A stretch of 64,000 bases of DNA from an uncultured cyanobacterium (GTDB lineage Bacteria > Cyanobacteriota > Cyanobacteriia > CAKZMO01). Positions 38,228 to 49,193 of the stretch are shown piece after piece. The position numbers and the translations under genes are program-made. The notes under the pieces are model-generated. The model was not told the origin of the DNA. It worked only from the letters and a program-made list of their open reading frames with translations, and searched no databases. The stretch spans positions 352,001 to 416,000 of the forward strand of contig CAVRCJ010000010.1 of the NCBI GenBank assembly GCA_963719515.1, given 5' to 3'. The stretch's first letter is position 1. The number at the start of each line of letters is the position of its first letter.

Positions 38228-38403
38228 GGCGATCGCTAATGTCTCTGGGAATTTCAGGGTAGCGTATCAAAGTGAGTTATCAAAGCAGCTGACCCAGCAA
38301 CTGAGCCCTGGAGACTGACTCGTTTCGCTCGATTTCAATTTTGCAATGGGCATTGGCGCTAGCCCGACGGGCACCCTAAACCCACGCATTGGGTTGCCCT
38401 ATC

Positions 38404-39531
38404 TTGACCGTATCTAACGACAACCAAACTCTCGATCGCCCCTATTGGGTGGCCTGGTCCAAACTTCCCAACATTGGGCCTATTCGGCTGCAGCGGCTGT
38501 GGAAGCACTTTGGCACCCTAGCTACCGCTTGGGAAGCCGACATGGGGGCGCTGCTGGAGGTAGAGGGCATCGGGCTACGGATGGCCATGGAGATCGCTGA
38601 GCAGCGATTGCGCTTCGACCCTAAGGCCTGCTACGCGGCCTACGCCGAGAAAAACCCCCTGTTTTGGACGCCGGCAGACCCGGGCTACCCCCGGCTGCTG
38701 CTAGAGGTCCCTGACCCGCCGCCCTTGCTCCACTACCGAGGCCGCGTCGAACCTGCAGAAAATCAGGGACAGGTGCTGGCGATCGCCATTGTCGGCACCC
38801 GCCACCCCACCGAATATGGCCGCCGCTGGACCCACCGCATCAGCCGCGCGCTGGCTCAGTCGGGGGTGACGGTTGTCTCGGGCCTCGCGGACGGCATCGA
38901 CGCGATCGCCCACCGCAGCTGTTTGGAGGCCGGGGGCCGCACCCTGGCGGTGATGGGCACTGGGGTAGATGTGATCTATCCCTCATCAAATCGCATCTTG
39001 TCCCGCCGGGTGCTAGAGAATGGCCTGCTGCTGAGCGAATACCCCGCCGGAACCCAGCCCGACCGCTCCCAGTTTCCTCGCCGCAACCGCATCATCGCCG
39101 GACTGAGCCGCGCCGTGCTGATTTTAGAAGCGCCGCAAAGATCGGGGGCGTTGATTACCGCTAGGGTGGCCAACGACTACGCCCGCGATGTGTACGCTCT
39201 GCCGGGGACTCTAGACAACATCGCCGCCCGAGGCTGCCTGGAGCTCATCCACCAAGGAGCCAGCCTAATTTTAGACGAAGCATCGCTGCTAGAAGCGCTC
39301 GGGGCCATGCCGGCCTTGGCCTCAGCGCCAGCCCCTCTGGCCAGCGTTCCCGCCGATCTTGCCCCCGAGCTGCTGCAGGTGCTGGACGCCGTCAAGGATG
39401 ACCCCAGACTGCTCGATCACATTGCCCAGCAGACCAGCCTGGGCACCGGCACTATTCTGGCAGCGCTGGCTCAGCTGGAGATGATGGACTTGGTGAAGCA
39501 GCTGCCGGGGATGCGCTATCAGCGGTGCTAG
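38404..39531 (+). CDS. dprA: DNA-processing protein DprA
   Basis: AIVGTR, VVSGLADGIDA, FPRRNRIIAGL, SGALITA; start uncertain (38389 or 38404). Confidence 0.95.
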   Translation: MTVSNDNQTLDRPYWVAWSKLPNIGPIRLQRLWKHFGTLATAWEADMGALLEVEGIGLRMAMEIAEQRLRFDPKACYAAYAEKNPLFWTPADPGYPRLLLEVPDPPPLLHYRGRVEPAENQGQVLAIAIVGTRHPTEYGRRWTHRISRALAQSGVTVVSGLADGIDAIAHRSCLEAGGRTLAVMGTGVDVIYPSSNRILSRRVLENGLLLSEYPAGTQPDRSQFPRRNRIIAGLSRAVLILEAPQRSGALITARVANDYARDVYALPGTLDNIAARGCLELIHQGASLILDEASLLEALGAMPALASAPAPLASVPADLAPELLQVLDAVKDDPRLLDHIAQQTSLGTGTILAALAQLEMMDLVKQLPGMRYQRC

Positions 39532-40896
39532 CAGGATCGAGGCCTTCAGACGTTTCTGAGCTGAGGTCTCCCGCAGCGGGAGGGGGCTCAGGCGACTCTA
39601 GGATATCGGGCACTTCGGGGGGTGCCGGGGGCTCATCGGTCTGGAAGAACACGAAGCGATCGCCGACGACAGGGGTGCGGGCAATGCGCTCTTCGCGCTG
39701 ATTCAGCAGGGTAATTTGGGCGACATCAGAGTCGTCAATTCGCTGCAGCAGCTGTCGGGCTACCCGCTGCTGCTGCTTGTCGCTGAGGCGATACCAATCG
39801 TCCTCCAGGATAATCGTCAGGCGATCGCCCTTCAGGTCAGCAGCGCCAGCTAGGCCGTAGCTCTCGACCACATCAGAAACCTGGGCCTGAACTTTTTCTA
39901 ACAGCGCTGTATTACGCGCTGTCGCTGCCGGGGCGGCTTTGACGACAGGCTGAGCTGAACCTGCTGAAGGCGCGGGGTTAATTAACGAGCCGCCAAGAAA
40001 CAGCAGGATGCCCAGGGTGGCCGTTGTAATTAAAAAGGCGATGCGGGAAGACTCAGAGGCCGCCGCCGCTTTGGCCTCGGGGTTGATGCGCTCCAAAGAC
40101 CACTGCAGCAGCTGATTGAAGAGTCGGGCCCCGGAGAGAGAAACAGCTACCAGCAGCGGTCTAACGACTCTCCAAAATCCGGTCAAAATGCCCAGCGCGC
40201 CGGTCTGGGTCGACTCCGCTGCCGGAGCAGCAACTTCTAGCTGCTGAGTAAACCAGTTCGCGCCTTTAATCGCGGTGCTGAGGCTGGTTTTAGCGGCTGC
40301 CGCTAGGGGCGGCTGTATGAGTCTCCACAGGCGCTGAACCGTGCCCGCTGAGGCGAGAGGCGGCGCAGAAGCCGCTGCTGCAGGCTTCCGTGCCGGCGGA
40401 GCAGGCGGGGCGGCGGGCTTAGGGGAGGCTCGGGGGCAACAGGCTCGGGGGTTGAGAGCTCGACATCGGCAGGCTCAACGTCGGGGGTGACGGCAGCATC
40501 GGCGGGCGCGATATCGGAGGCGATCGCTTCTCCCTGCGGGGCAGGCGTGCTGGCAGGGGTGGACTCGCGGGCGATGTCCTCGAAGGTGACGGTTATGCCC
40601 TCTGGAGCTGATGCAGGTGGGGCAGCGTCGACCGGTGAGGTCTCCTCTGAGGCGTTCTCTGGTGGGAAATCTTCTGATGGCGGGGCCGTTTGCGGCGAGG
40701 CCGTTGACAAGGGGGCCGCTGCGGCGTCAACGGTGACCGGAGTGATGTCGGGCAGGTCAACCTTGACGTCACCGCTGGTATCGCCTTGAGCCGTTGGAGC
40801 TACTGCCTCTGGATTGGCCGCATCGGGGCGAGTGTCGTTTGGGGTTGCCTCTTCGTTGGCAGAGGATTGAGGGTTTGGCTCATGTGCCGATGCCAT
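39452..40896 (-). pseudogene. Hypothetical membrane-anchored protein split by an apparent 1-bp frameshift (real or assembly error)
   Basis: ORFs 40303-40896 and 39452-40186 join into one ~481-aa Pro/Ala-rich, TM-containing frame if one C is added to the C4 run near 40422-40425. Confidence 0.7.
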
Positions 40897-40924
40897 AGCT
40901 GTTCTCCAGAAGATCGTGCGTTAT

Positions 40925-40999
40925 GCTCACTGTGTCTGCGCTCACTGCCTCTGCGATCACTGCCTCTGCGCTTGCTATTTGTGCGCTTACCGTGGGCTG
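40925..40999. repeat. 15-bp tandem repeat, 3 close and 2 degenerate copies
   Basis: gctcactgtgtctgc gctcactgcctctgc gatcactgcctctgc gcttgctatttgtgc gcttaccgtgggctg. Confidence 0.75.
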
Positions 41000-41254
41000 A
41001 ACCTGTGGCCGAGTCACGTCTAATCTACCATTTTGATACCGGGCTTTTACCACAGAATACGGTTTGTTTAGAGCGCGGCGGCGTCACTTCGCTCTGTAGA
41101 GAATCCCAAGAGAATCTAAACCCGCCTTGACAGCAGTTTCGTATCTTTCTACACGCAATGCAGGCAAAAACGCTGTCAGAGTGGTTCGATACAGACGGTA
41201 GGTTGCGCTTGACAGCCTTTTCGAACGTGTTGTTTTCAAAAAAAACTGATTTTT

Positions 41255-42076
41255 ATGAAGTGTCGTATCTTTCTTACTGCGCTACCCGCCCTTCTGGCCC
41301 TAACCGCAACCGCCTGTACCTCAGCGGAGGACGCGCCCGCAGAGGGGGCAGATAGCTCGGCGGAAGGGGATGCCCAAGTGCTGGTAATGGCGACCTCCGC
41401 CGACTATCCCCCCTACGAGTTTTACGAAACCGCGAGCGGCGGCGGTGAGCCCGTCGGGTTTGACGTCGATATCGCTAAGTACATTACCGACCAGCTGGGC
41501 TACGAACTCGAAATTCAGGATATGGAGTTCAATGGCATCATCCCAGCGCTGCAGGGCGATCGCGTTGATTTTGCGATGGCGGGCATGACGCCTACCGATG
41601 AGCGCAAGCAGAGCGTCGACTTTACCGACGTCTACTACGACGCCAAGAACACTATCGTCGCCTCGGCAGATTCCGGGTACGAGAGCTATGAGGATCTCTC
41701 CGGGGCCACGGTAGGGGTGCAGCTGGGATCGATTCAAGAAGAGGAGCTGAAAACGCAGGCTGAGACCATCGACGGGATTACCGTCGAGTCCCGCAACAAG
41801 ATCAGCGAGCTGGTGCAGGAGCTCAAGGCAGGTCGTATTGACGCCGCCATCATCGAAGATACGGTGGCCAAGGGCTACATCCAGAACAACGAAGATTTGG
41901 CGTTCACCACCGTCGAGATTACCGAAGAGTCAGGGTCGGCGATCGCCTTCCCCAAAGGTTCGGAGCTGAGGGCGGAGTTTGATACCGTGCTGGACGAGAT
42001 GGAGGAGAACGGGACCTTAGAGGAGTTGATCAACCGCTGGTTCGAGGAATACTACGAGCAGCAGGGAGCGGAGTAG
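41255..42076 (+). CDS. Polar amino-acid ABC transporter substrate-binding lipoprotein
   Basis: Lipobox ATAC; TSADYPPYEF, GFDVDI, AGMTPTDERK, VGVQLGSIQ. Confidence 0.93.
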   Translation: MKCRIFLTALPALLALTATACTSAEDAPAEGADSSAEGDAQVLVMATSADYPPYEFYETASGGGEPVGFDVDIAKYITDQLGYELEIQDMEFNGIIPALQGDRVDFAMAGMTPTDERKQSVDFTDVYYDAKNTIVASADSGYESYEDLSGATVGVQLGSIQEEELKTQAETIDGITVESRNKISELVQELKAGRIDAAIIEDTVAKGYIQNNEDLAFTTVEITEESGSAIAFPKGSELRAEFDTVLDEMEENGTLEELINRWFEEYYEQQGAE

Positions 42077-42799
42077 GTGTTACCCATTTGGGAGGAATTG
42101 CCTCACCTAGGGCCGCTGCAGGTCAGCCTCTTTGCCGCCCTCGATCTTGACTTCGCCCGCATCGCCCCCTCGCTGCCGTTCATTTTAAAGGGACTCCTCA
42201 TCACCCTACAGTTCACGGCAATTTCAGCCGTGTTTGGCTTCGTTTGGGGCACCATCTTGTCGCTGCTCAAAATTTCCAGCGTCAAGCCCCTCTATTGGTT
42301 TGCCATGGCCTACACCTCCGTATTTCGGGGGACGCCGCTGCTGGTGACGCTGTCTTTGATCTACTTTGCCTTTCCCCAGCTGACGGGCCAGGATATTACG
42401 GCATTTCAGGCGGGGGTGCTGACCTTCAGCCTCAACTCGGCAGCTTACGTGTCCGAGGTGATTCGGGCAGGTATTGTAGCGGTGGATAAAGGGCAGCGGG
42501 AGGCGGCTCTCTCGCTGGGGGTGCGCTATCGCCCGATGATGCTGGACATCATTTTGCCTCAGGCGGTTAAAAACATTTTGCCGGCCCTCGTCAACGAGAG
42601 TATTGCCCTGCTCAAGGACTCGGCCTTAGTGTCGGTGATTGGCGCTCAGGACCTGCTGCGCAGAGCGCAGATTGTGGCGGCAGAAAAGTACGTGTATTTT
42701 GAGCCCCTGCTGATTGTGGCGCTGGTGTATTACCTGATGGTGATGGCGCTAACGCTGGGAGCGGTCGCTTTGGAAAAACGCATGCAGCGCAGCACGTAA
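42077..42799 (+). CDS. Polar amino-acid ABC transporter permease
   Basis: FRGTPLLV, AYVSEVIRAGI..VDKGQREAA, ILPQA, LKDSALVSVI. Confidence 0.94.
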   Translation: MLPIWEELPHLGPLQVSLFAALDLDFARIAPSLPFILKGLLITLQFTAISAVFGFVWGTILSLLKISSVKPLYWFAMAYTSVFRGTPLLVTLSLIYFAFPQLTGQDITAFQAGVLTFSLNSAAYVSEVIRAGIVAVDKGQREAALSLGVRYRPMMLDIILPQAVKNILPALVNESIALLKDSALVSVIGAQDLLRRAQIVAAEKYVYFEPLLIVALVYYLMVMALTLGAVALEKRMQRST

Positions 42800-42952
42800 C
42801 GCCCCGCCATCCGCAGGGGGCATCCACCACAAAGGCAGGCCGGTCGCCCCGGCCTGCGATCGCCGCGCTCCCATCCCTCATCCCGTGACCCCCCGCCATC
42901 CGTAAGGGCAACCGGCCCGCTCCGACCCCGTCACCCGCCTTCACCCACCGCC

Positions 42953-43687
42953 ATGACCCAACCCGCCATCCAAATCGACCGCCTCTATAAGTCCTTCGGC
43001 GACCTCAAAGTCCTCAAAGAAATCTCCACCGACGTACAGCGGGGGGAAGTAGTCGCCATGATTGGCCCTTCCGGCTCCGGCAAGTCCACCTTCTTGCGCT
43101 GCATCAACCTGCTCGAAACTCCCACCTCCGGCACGGTAAAAATCAACGGTACCGACATCACCCACCGGGACACCGACGTCATGGACATCCGCCAAAACGT
43201 GGGCATGGTGTTTCAGCACTTCAACCTCTTCCCCCACATGACCGTGCTCAAAAACGTGACCTATGCTCCGACGCAGGTCAAAAGCATTAGCAAGTCTGAG
43301 GCCCGTGACATTGGGATGGGGCTGCTCACAAAGGTAGGGCTAGCCGAAAAAGCTGATGTTTACCCCTCCAAACTCTCCGGAGGCCAAAAGCAGCGGGTGG
43401 CGATCGCCCGCGCTCTGGCAATGGAGCCGGATATCATGTTGTTTGATGAGCCCACTTCGGCCTTGGACCCGGAGATGGTGAAGGAAGTGCTAGACGTGAT
43501 GCAGGACTTGGCAGAGAGCGGCATGACCATGGCGATCGTGACCCACGAGATGGGGTTTGCTCGAGAGGTCGCCAACCGAATTTTGTTTTTAGACGGCGGG
43601 CGGCTGGTGGAAGATGCCTCACCAGAGGTGTTTTTTAGCCGCCCCACCAGCGATCGCGCCCGTCAGTTTCTGCAGCAGGTATTATGA
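42953..43687 (+). CDS. Polar amino-acid ABC transporter ATP-binding protein (GlnQ-like)
   Basis: [43 protein letters not shown]. Confidence 0.95.
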   Translation: MTQPAIQIDRLYKSFGDLKVLKEISTDVQRGEVVAMIGPSGSGKSTFLRCINLLETPTSGTVKINGTDITHRDTDVMDIRQNVGMVFQHFNLFPHMTVLKNVTYAPTQVKSISKSEARDIGMGLLTKVGLAEKADVYPSKLSGGQKQRVAIARALAMEPDIMLFDEPTSALDPEMVKEVLDVMQDLAESGMTMAIVTHEMGFAREVANRILFLDGGRLVEDASPEVFFSRPTSDRARQFLQQVL

Positions 43688-44784
43688 GGTGGCTTGGCCT
43701 GATGGGGCTATTGGTGACGATAGCCGGGCTATCCTGTCGCCCAGCCTCCCCTCACCACCTCAAGCGTCTCCCTAGCCCCCTGATCGGGTCGTCTTCCCTG
43801 GCGATTCAGTCCTCCCCCCGTTCCCCAATTTCTGCGTCTCCTATGGATGGTCAGCCCCTCACCTTCGACTACGCCTCTGATTTCTCTGAGGGGCTGGCGG
43901 TGGTGCGCCGGAACGACCGGTTCCAGTTCATCGACCCCAACGGCGCGGTGGCGCTGACGGTGGGGGAAGATTTTGTGGGGGTGTCCCCCTTCACGGGCGA
44001 TCGCGCCCTCGTAAAGACTGAGACGCTGTACGGCTACCTGGGCCGCGCTGGAAACGTGGTGGTGATGCCCCAATACCCCAGCGCCACCCCGTTCTCGGAA
44101 GGGCTAGCGGCAGTGCGCACCGGCACCAAGTACGGCTACATTGACGCGGCGGGGGGCCTAGTCATTGAGCCGCAGTTTGATCTGGCGACGCCCTTCGCCT
44201 CCGGTCTGGCGGCAGTGCGGGAGGGCGATCGCTACGGCTACATCAACGCCAGCGGCCGCTGGGAAATCATGCCCCAGTACGAGGACGTGGGTGGGTTCTC
44301 AGAAGGACTAGCGGCGGTGCGGCAGGGGCAGCGGTGGGGCTATATCGACGCGGACGGAGAGCTGGCCATTGCCCCTCAGTTTGACGGCGCGTTTGAGTTT
44401 TCTGAGTCCCTGGCGCGGGTGCGAAAAGCACAGAGCTGGGGCTACGTCCGTCCGTCTGGGGAGCTGGCCATTGCCCCCGATTACGAATTCGCCTCAGATT
44501 TTTCGGAAGGGCTAGCGGCGGTGATGGTGGAGGGGCGCTGGGGCTACGTGAATCCGGCGGGGGAGCTGGCCATTGCCCCTCAGTTTAGCTATGCGGCTCC
44601 CTTTTCGGAGGGAAGGGCCGTGGTCATTGTTGAGAGGCAGTACGGCTACATCGATGCCTCCGGGGCGGTGGCGATCGCGACCCAGTTTAGCAATGCGGGG
44701 TCGTTCTCGGAAGGGCTGGCCTGGGTGGAAACCGACGGGCGACGTCAATATGTCAATGCGCAGGGCCAACCCATGGCGCGCTGA
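43684..44784 (+). CDS. WG-repeat (KWG-like) putative lipoprotein
   Basis: Repeated FSEGLAAV...WGYID..G...I.PQF units; N-terminal signal ending GLSC. Confidence 0.9.
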   Translation: MRWLGLMGLLVTIAGLSCRPASPHHLKRLPSPLIGSSSLAIQSSPRSPISASPMDGQPLTFDYASDFSEGLAVVRRNDRFQFIDPNGAVALTVGEDFVGVSPFTGDRALVKTETLYGYLGRAGNVVVMPQYPSATPFSEGLAAVRTGTKYGYIDAAGGLVIEPQFDLATPFASGLAAVREGDRYGYINASGRWEIMPQYEDVGGFSEGLAAVRQGQRWGYIDADGELAIAPQFDGAFEFSESLARVRKAQSWGYVRPSGELAIAPDYEFASDFSEGLAAVMVEGRWGYVNPAGELAIAPQFSYAAPFSEGRAVVIVERQYGYIDASGAVAIATQFSNAGSFSEGLAWVETDGRRQYVNAQGQPMAR

Positions 44785-44795
44785 TGCCTGCAGAC

Positions 44796-45977
44796 CTAGC
44801 GTTTTCTACGCCGTTTGGTCGCATCTGCGCGAATCATCGAATAATTCTCAAACCAGCCGCGATACCAAAAGAAGGCCACCAAAGCTAGAGCGATCGCCGC
44901 CATTACCAGCAGCGCCATGGGATAGCCGTACGGCCAGTTCAGCTCCGGCATGTTCCACCGGGAGGCATCAGTATCGAAGTTCATGCCGTAAAGGCTCGTA
45001 ATGAAGGTCAACGGAATAAAAATGCCTGACACCACCGTCAGCAGCTTCATCACCTCATTCATGCGGTTGCTCACCGACGAGAGGTATACCTCCATGAGGT
45101 TAGCGGCTAGCTCCCGGTAGGAATCCACCATGTCCATCGCCTGGGCCGCATGGTCGTAGCAGTCCCGCAGGTAGGCGCGCACGTCTTCGCTAATCAGATC
45201 GCCGCCGTCCCGCATCAGCAGATGAATGGCGTCTCGCTGGGGCCAAATAGCGCGGCGTAGGGCCAGCAGCTCCCGCTTGATGGCGTAGATTTCTTCCACC
45301 GTCTGGCGGGTGGGGCTGAGCACCACATGGTCCTCCAGGTCCTCCAGCCGCTCACCGTAGTCTTCTAGCACCGGAAAAAAGCCGTCCACGATGGTATCTA
45401 GCAGGGTATAGGCAAGGTAGTCGGCACCGCGCCGCCGCACTTCCCCCCGGTCAAAGCGAATGCGATCGCGCACGGGCTGAAAGGTGTCGTGCCTGGGCTC
45501 TTCCTGTACGGTCAGCAGGTAGTTAGGGCCTAAAATAAAGCTCACCTGCTCGCTAATAAATCCCTTTTCGTCGTTTGTCGGAATAACCATTCGGGAGATA
45601 ATCAGCAGCTGGTCGGGATACTCCTCAATTTTGGGCCGCTGGGGCACGTTGACCACATCTTCTAAGACCAGCGGGTGCAGCTTGAACAGCGTCCCCAGCC
45701 GCTTCAAGACGTCCTCGCTGCCCAAGCCGTGGACGTCTACCCAAGACACCGTTTCTTGGTCGAGGTGCTCGCGGCACAGCTCCGGCTCCTCTAGGACTTT
45801 CCGCTGGGCCTGCCCCGCATTGTAGTCAATGAGCGTGATCTTAGGAAACGGGGAATCAGGAGGGATGTCCAGCGTTCCCGGCAGACTTCCAGGCTTGTCA
45901 AAAAAGTAGTCGTCGAGGTAAGACCGATCGGTCTCATCGTCACTCGCGCCGGGTAATTGCCAGGGCAAATCAGTCAT
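44796..45977 (-). CDS. corA: Magnesium/cobalt transporter CorA
   Basis: LHPLVLEDVVN..QRPK, NEVMKLLT, YGMNF, MPELNW; ATG at 45977 preferred over 46046. Confidence 0.95.
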   Translation of the reverse strand: MTDLPWQLPGASDDETDRSYLDDYFFDKPGSLPGTLDIPPDSPFPKITLIDYNAGQAQRKVLEEPELCREHLDQETVSWVDVHGLGSEDVLKRLGTLFKLHPLVLEDVVNVPQRPKIEEYPDQLLIISRMVIPTNDEKGFISEQVSFILGPNYLLTVQEEPRHDTFQPVRDRIRFDRGEVRRRGADYLAYTLLDTIVDGFFPVLEDYGERLEDLEDHVVLSPTRQTVEEIYAIKRELLALRRAIWPQRDAIHLLMRDGGDLISEDVRAYLRDCYDHAAQAMDMVDSYRELAANLMEVYLSSVSNRMNEVMKLLTVVSGIFIPLTFITSLYGMNFDTDASRWNMPELNWPYGYPMALLVMAAIALALVAFFWYRGWFENYSMIRADATKRRRKR

Positions 45978-46186
45978 ATAGCAATCTCGAAGAATTTGTG
46001 AGAGGAGAGGCAAATTGCGGAGACTTTCCTCTGCTGTAGGAGTCACGAGCGATTGGGTATCGCCATAGCATAGGCTGAGAAGGCATTGAGTGACGCTAAG
46101 GGCAACTCCGCTGAGCGGGTCAAGTGCCGCTATTGTAACGGAACGTTTTTAAGCGCGCGATCGCCCCCACAATGAGCTAATTTTTT

Positions 46187-46200
46187 AGTACAATTGACCT
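46187..46200 (+). promoter_or_regulatory. Possible cyanobacterial LexA box upstream of recA
   Basis: AGTACaattGACCT against consensus RGTAC-N3-DGTWCB; two mismatches in the right half. Confidence 0.4.
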
Positions 46201-46475
46201 ACGTAAACTAACTCAGTTTGCATAATCCTATGCTGTATTAAGCTGTGACTGCTGACCTGTAACTTTTGAGTTACTCTTGAGCGGTCGCTCCGCTGTATCG
46301 TACTTTTTTCACGTCTTGCCCCTTATCGATGGAACTACACCCCCCCCTCCTAATCTCTATAGGGCCGGTGGACGTATAGCGTTCTGCTGCATCCGTCCCG
46401 ATGAAACCGTAATCATTACCTTGACTAATCTCGAAGCATTCACTATTGGTGTCATAGGCACCTACTGAGGCAAGC

Positions 46476-47690
46476 ATGGCTAAAGCGACAAACGACAACA
46501 ATTCTGAAAAGCAAAAGGCACTGGACCTAGTCCTAAACCAAATCGACCGCAACTTCGGCAAAGGCACGATTATGCGCCTAGGCGATGCGAGCCGTATGAG
46601 GGTAGAGACTATACCCACCGGGGCGCTGACCCTGGATTTGGCTTTGGGGGGCGGCCTGCCCAAAGGGCGAGTGATTGAGATCTACGGCCCCGAGAGCTCA
46701 GGCAAAACTACCGTAGCGCTGCACGCCCTAGCAGAGGTTCAAAAAGCCGGTGGGATTGCCGCCTTCGTGGACGCTGAGCACGCCCTAGACCCCTACTACG
46801 CCGCCAATCTAGGGGTCGATATTGAGAACCTGCTGGTGTCCCAACCCGACACCGGGGAAGCGGCTCTAGAGATTGTAGATCAGCTGATTCGCTCTAATGC
46901 CATTGACGTCGTGGTAGTCGATTCGGTGGCGGCGCTGGTGCCCCGCGCAGAGATCGAGGGGGAGATGGGCGACACTCATGTGGGCCTACAGGCGCGCTTG
47001 ATGAGTCAAGCGCTAAGAAAGATTACGGGCAACATCGGCAAAACGGGCTGCAGCGTCATCTTCCTCAACCAGCTGCGCCAAAAGATTGGCATCTCCTACG
47101 GCAACCCCGAAACGACCACAGGCGGCAACGCTCTCAAGTTCTACGCCTCTGTTCGCCTCGATATCCGCCGTATCCAGACCCTGAAGCGGGGGACGGAAGA
47201 GTATGGAATTCGGGCCAAGATGAAAGTCGCCAAAAATAAAGTTGCACCGCCGTTCCGCATCGCCGAGTTCGACGTCATTTTCGGTAAGGGCATTTCGTCC
47301 ATGGGCTGCGTGCTCGACCTCGCGGAAGAGACCAACGTCATCACCCGGCGCGGCGCGTGGTACAGCTACAACGGCGACAATCTAGCCCAGGGCCGCGACA
47401 ACACGGTCAAGTACTTAGAGGAGAATCTCGAATTCGCTCAAGATATCGAGCGACAGGTGCGCGAAAAGCTGGAGCTAGGAGTTCAGGTATCTGCGACTTC
47501 CGTGGTGCCGCCTGAGGCCAGCGGTGATGACGAGGCGATCGCCAACGGCAACGGGCTCGGTAACGGGGCCGCTGCCGCTGATGTCGCCGATACATCCCCC
47601 CAAGAGGAGATGACTGAAACCTCTGACGCCGCTCCTGAAGAAGCGACGGCGGGCGCTAAGCGGGGACGCCGCAAGTCTTCCAAAGCATAG
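46476..47690 (+). CDS. recA: Recombinase RecA with extended C-terminal tail
   Basis: [43 protein letters not shown]. Confidence 0.99.
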   Translation: MAKATNDNNSEKQKALDLVLNQIDRNFGKGTIMRLGDASRMRVETIPTGALTLDLALGGGLPKGRVIEIYGPESSGKTTVALHALAEVQKAGGIAAFVDAEHALDPYYAANLGVDIENLLVSQPDTGEAALEIVDQLIRSNAIDVVVVDSVAALVPRAEIEGEMGDTHVGLQARLMSQALRKITGNIGKTGCSVIFLNQLRQKIGISYGNPETTTGGNALKFYASVRLDIRRIQTLKRGTEEYGIRAKMKVAKNKVAPPFRIAEFDVIFGKGISSMGCVLDLAEETNVITRRGAWYSYNGDNLAQGRDNTVKYLEENLEFAQDIERQVREKLELGVQVSATSVVPPEASGDDEAIANGNGLGNGAAAADVADTSPQEEMTETSDAAPEEATAGAKRGRRKSSKA

Positions 47691-47747
47691 CGGTTTGCCC
47701 TGAGCCGAGGCGGCAAGACCGGTCAAATTTAGGTTTCCACAACCTTT

Positions 47748-47776
47748 GGGAAAGGCCGCACCGTGCGGCCTTTCCC
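47748..47776. terminator. Strong hairpin between convergent recA and the DRTGG gene
   Basis: GGGAAAGGCCGCAC-c-GTGCGGCCTTTCCC perfect inverted repeat. Confidence 0.7.
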
Positions 47777-47841
47777 TGTAGCTGGGCAACCTTCTAGCCT
47801 TTGCTAAAGCCCCATCGCCGCCCTAGAGGCTGCCCTGAAGG

Positions 47842-48915
47842 CTATACCGCCGCTGCCGTACCCAAGCCCAACTGTTCGAGCAGACGCGATGTGTCGAGCG
47901 CGGTCGCAGCGATCTCTTGAATGCACTGCACCTTGACGGCTTCGTGCAGCCGCACCTGGCCGAAGGCCTTTTCGATAATCTCAACTGTCGTCAGAGTATC
48001 TAGGTCTACCGCCAAGATAGGCACCTCTAGATCCTCTGCTCGGTGTAGCACCTCCTGGGTCGGCGCAATATGTCCTGTCAGAATCAGACAGTGAGTTGAG
48101 GTCTCTAGGGCCGCGAGCTGCAGATCCGTGCGATCGCCTCCGGTGACCACCGCCATATGGTGCGCCTTACGAAAATACTTGAGGGCCGAGTTGACGTTCA
48201 TCGCCCCAATCTTGAGGGTTTCGACCATTAGATTGAGCCGGTCTGAGCGGCATAGCACCTCGGCTTTGAGCTGATGCACCAGTTCCCTAACGCTGACACT
48301 GAGCAAAAGATCGCTGTGGGGCAGAACGCCGTAGACCGGAATCCCCTTGGCCTCTAGGAAAGGTCGAACGACCTCGGTGACGTGGACCGTATCATCGGCC
48401 GGCACGTCGTTAATCACCACCCCACAGAGGCGATCGCCCAGCTGCAGGGCAGCCGACAGGATGAGGTCCACCAGTGCAACCGCCTCGTATCGAATTACGA
48501 GCAGCACCTTAGCGTCTAGGGCCTGAGCCATGTGCTCAACCGACAGGTCAAAGAGCTTGCCGTCTCGCAGCGTTCCCGGCCCTTCTAGCAAAACGAGGTC
48601 GCTGCTAGCCTGATATTGGCGCAGCTGGGCCTGATAGTCTTGCGAATCGTGACCTGACATCCGCCGCTGAATCGTTTCAGGAGTAAGCGATAAAATTGTA
48701 GGCGGCTGCCGTGATGGCTCTAGGTTCAGCGTTTCTGAAATGAACTGGCTATCTTCAATTCGGTTGGTATCGTTGGCTTCTGCGCTGAGCGGCTTACCGT
48801 AAGCGATGGTCAAACCTGCTGCTTGAGCCTGAAATGCAACGCCGAGAACGACTGCTGATTTACCGCTGTAGTCTTTTGGAGACCCTACGACCAGGTACTT
48901 TGCGGACTTCACCAT
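47842..48915 (-). CDS. Phosphotransacetylase-family protein (BioD-like N-terminus plus DRTGG domain)
   Basis: YSGKSA, YGKP, LLEGPG, IGAMNV, VVTGGDRTD. Confidence 0.88.
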   Translation of the reverse strand: MVKSAKYLVVGSPKDYSGKSAVVLGVAFQAQAAGLTIAYGKPLSAEANDTNRIEDSQFISETLNLEPSRQPPTILSLTPETIQRRMSGHDSQDYQAQLRQYQASSDLVLLEGPGTLRDGKLFDLSVEHMAQALDAKVLLVIRYEAVALVDLILSAALQLGDRLCGVVINDVPADDTVHVTEVVRPFLEAKGIPVYGVLPHSDLLLSVSVRELVHQLKAEVLCRSDRLNLMVETLKIGAMNVNSALKYFRKAHHMAVVTGGDRTDLQLAALETSTHCLILTGHIAPTQEVLHRAEDLEVPILAVDLDTLTTVEIIEKAFGQVRLHEAVKVQCIQEIAATALDTSRLLEQLGLGTAAAV

Positions 48916-49193
48916 GCGCAACTCCCTCTATATGTGATTATTTGGCGCGAATAGCTCGACCATAGATATGAGCACTTGATAGGTACGAATACTTGGCCGC
49001 CTTGATTCCCCATTGTATGGGAGTGTCTACGGCGATGCTTGGAAACCTGGCGAAACAAGTAAAGCGGCCTTGCGCAGCTTATCCTAGAGTTCTACCGCCG
49101 CAGATAGGCCTCGAAGATAGAATTCGCTATGATATTTAACTCCGCTGCTGACAGCTGTGCCCGTGGCGTGACCCCAGAGATGAGTCTGTTGCT

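Noticed and set aside
46476..47690. Intein in the long RecA
   Set aside because: Core motifs are contiguous; the extra length is a low-complexity C-terminal tail.
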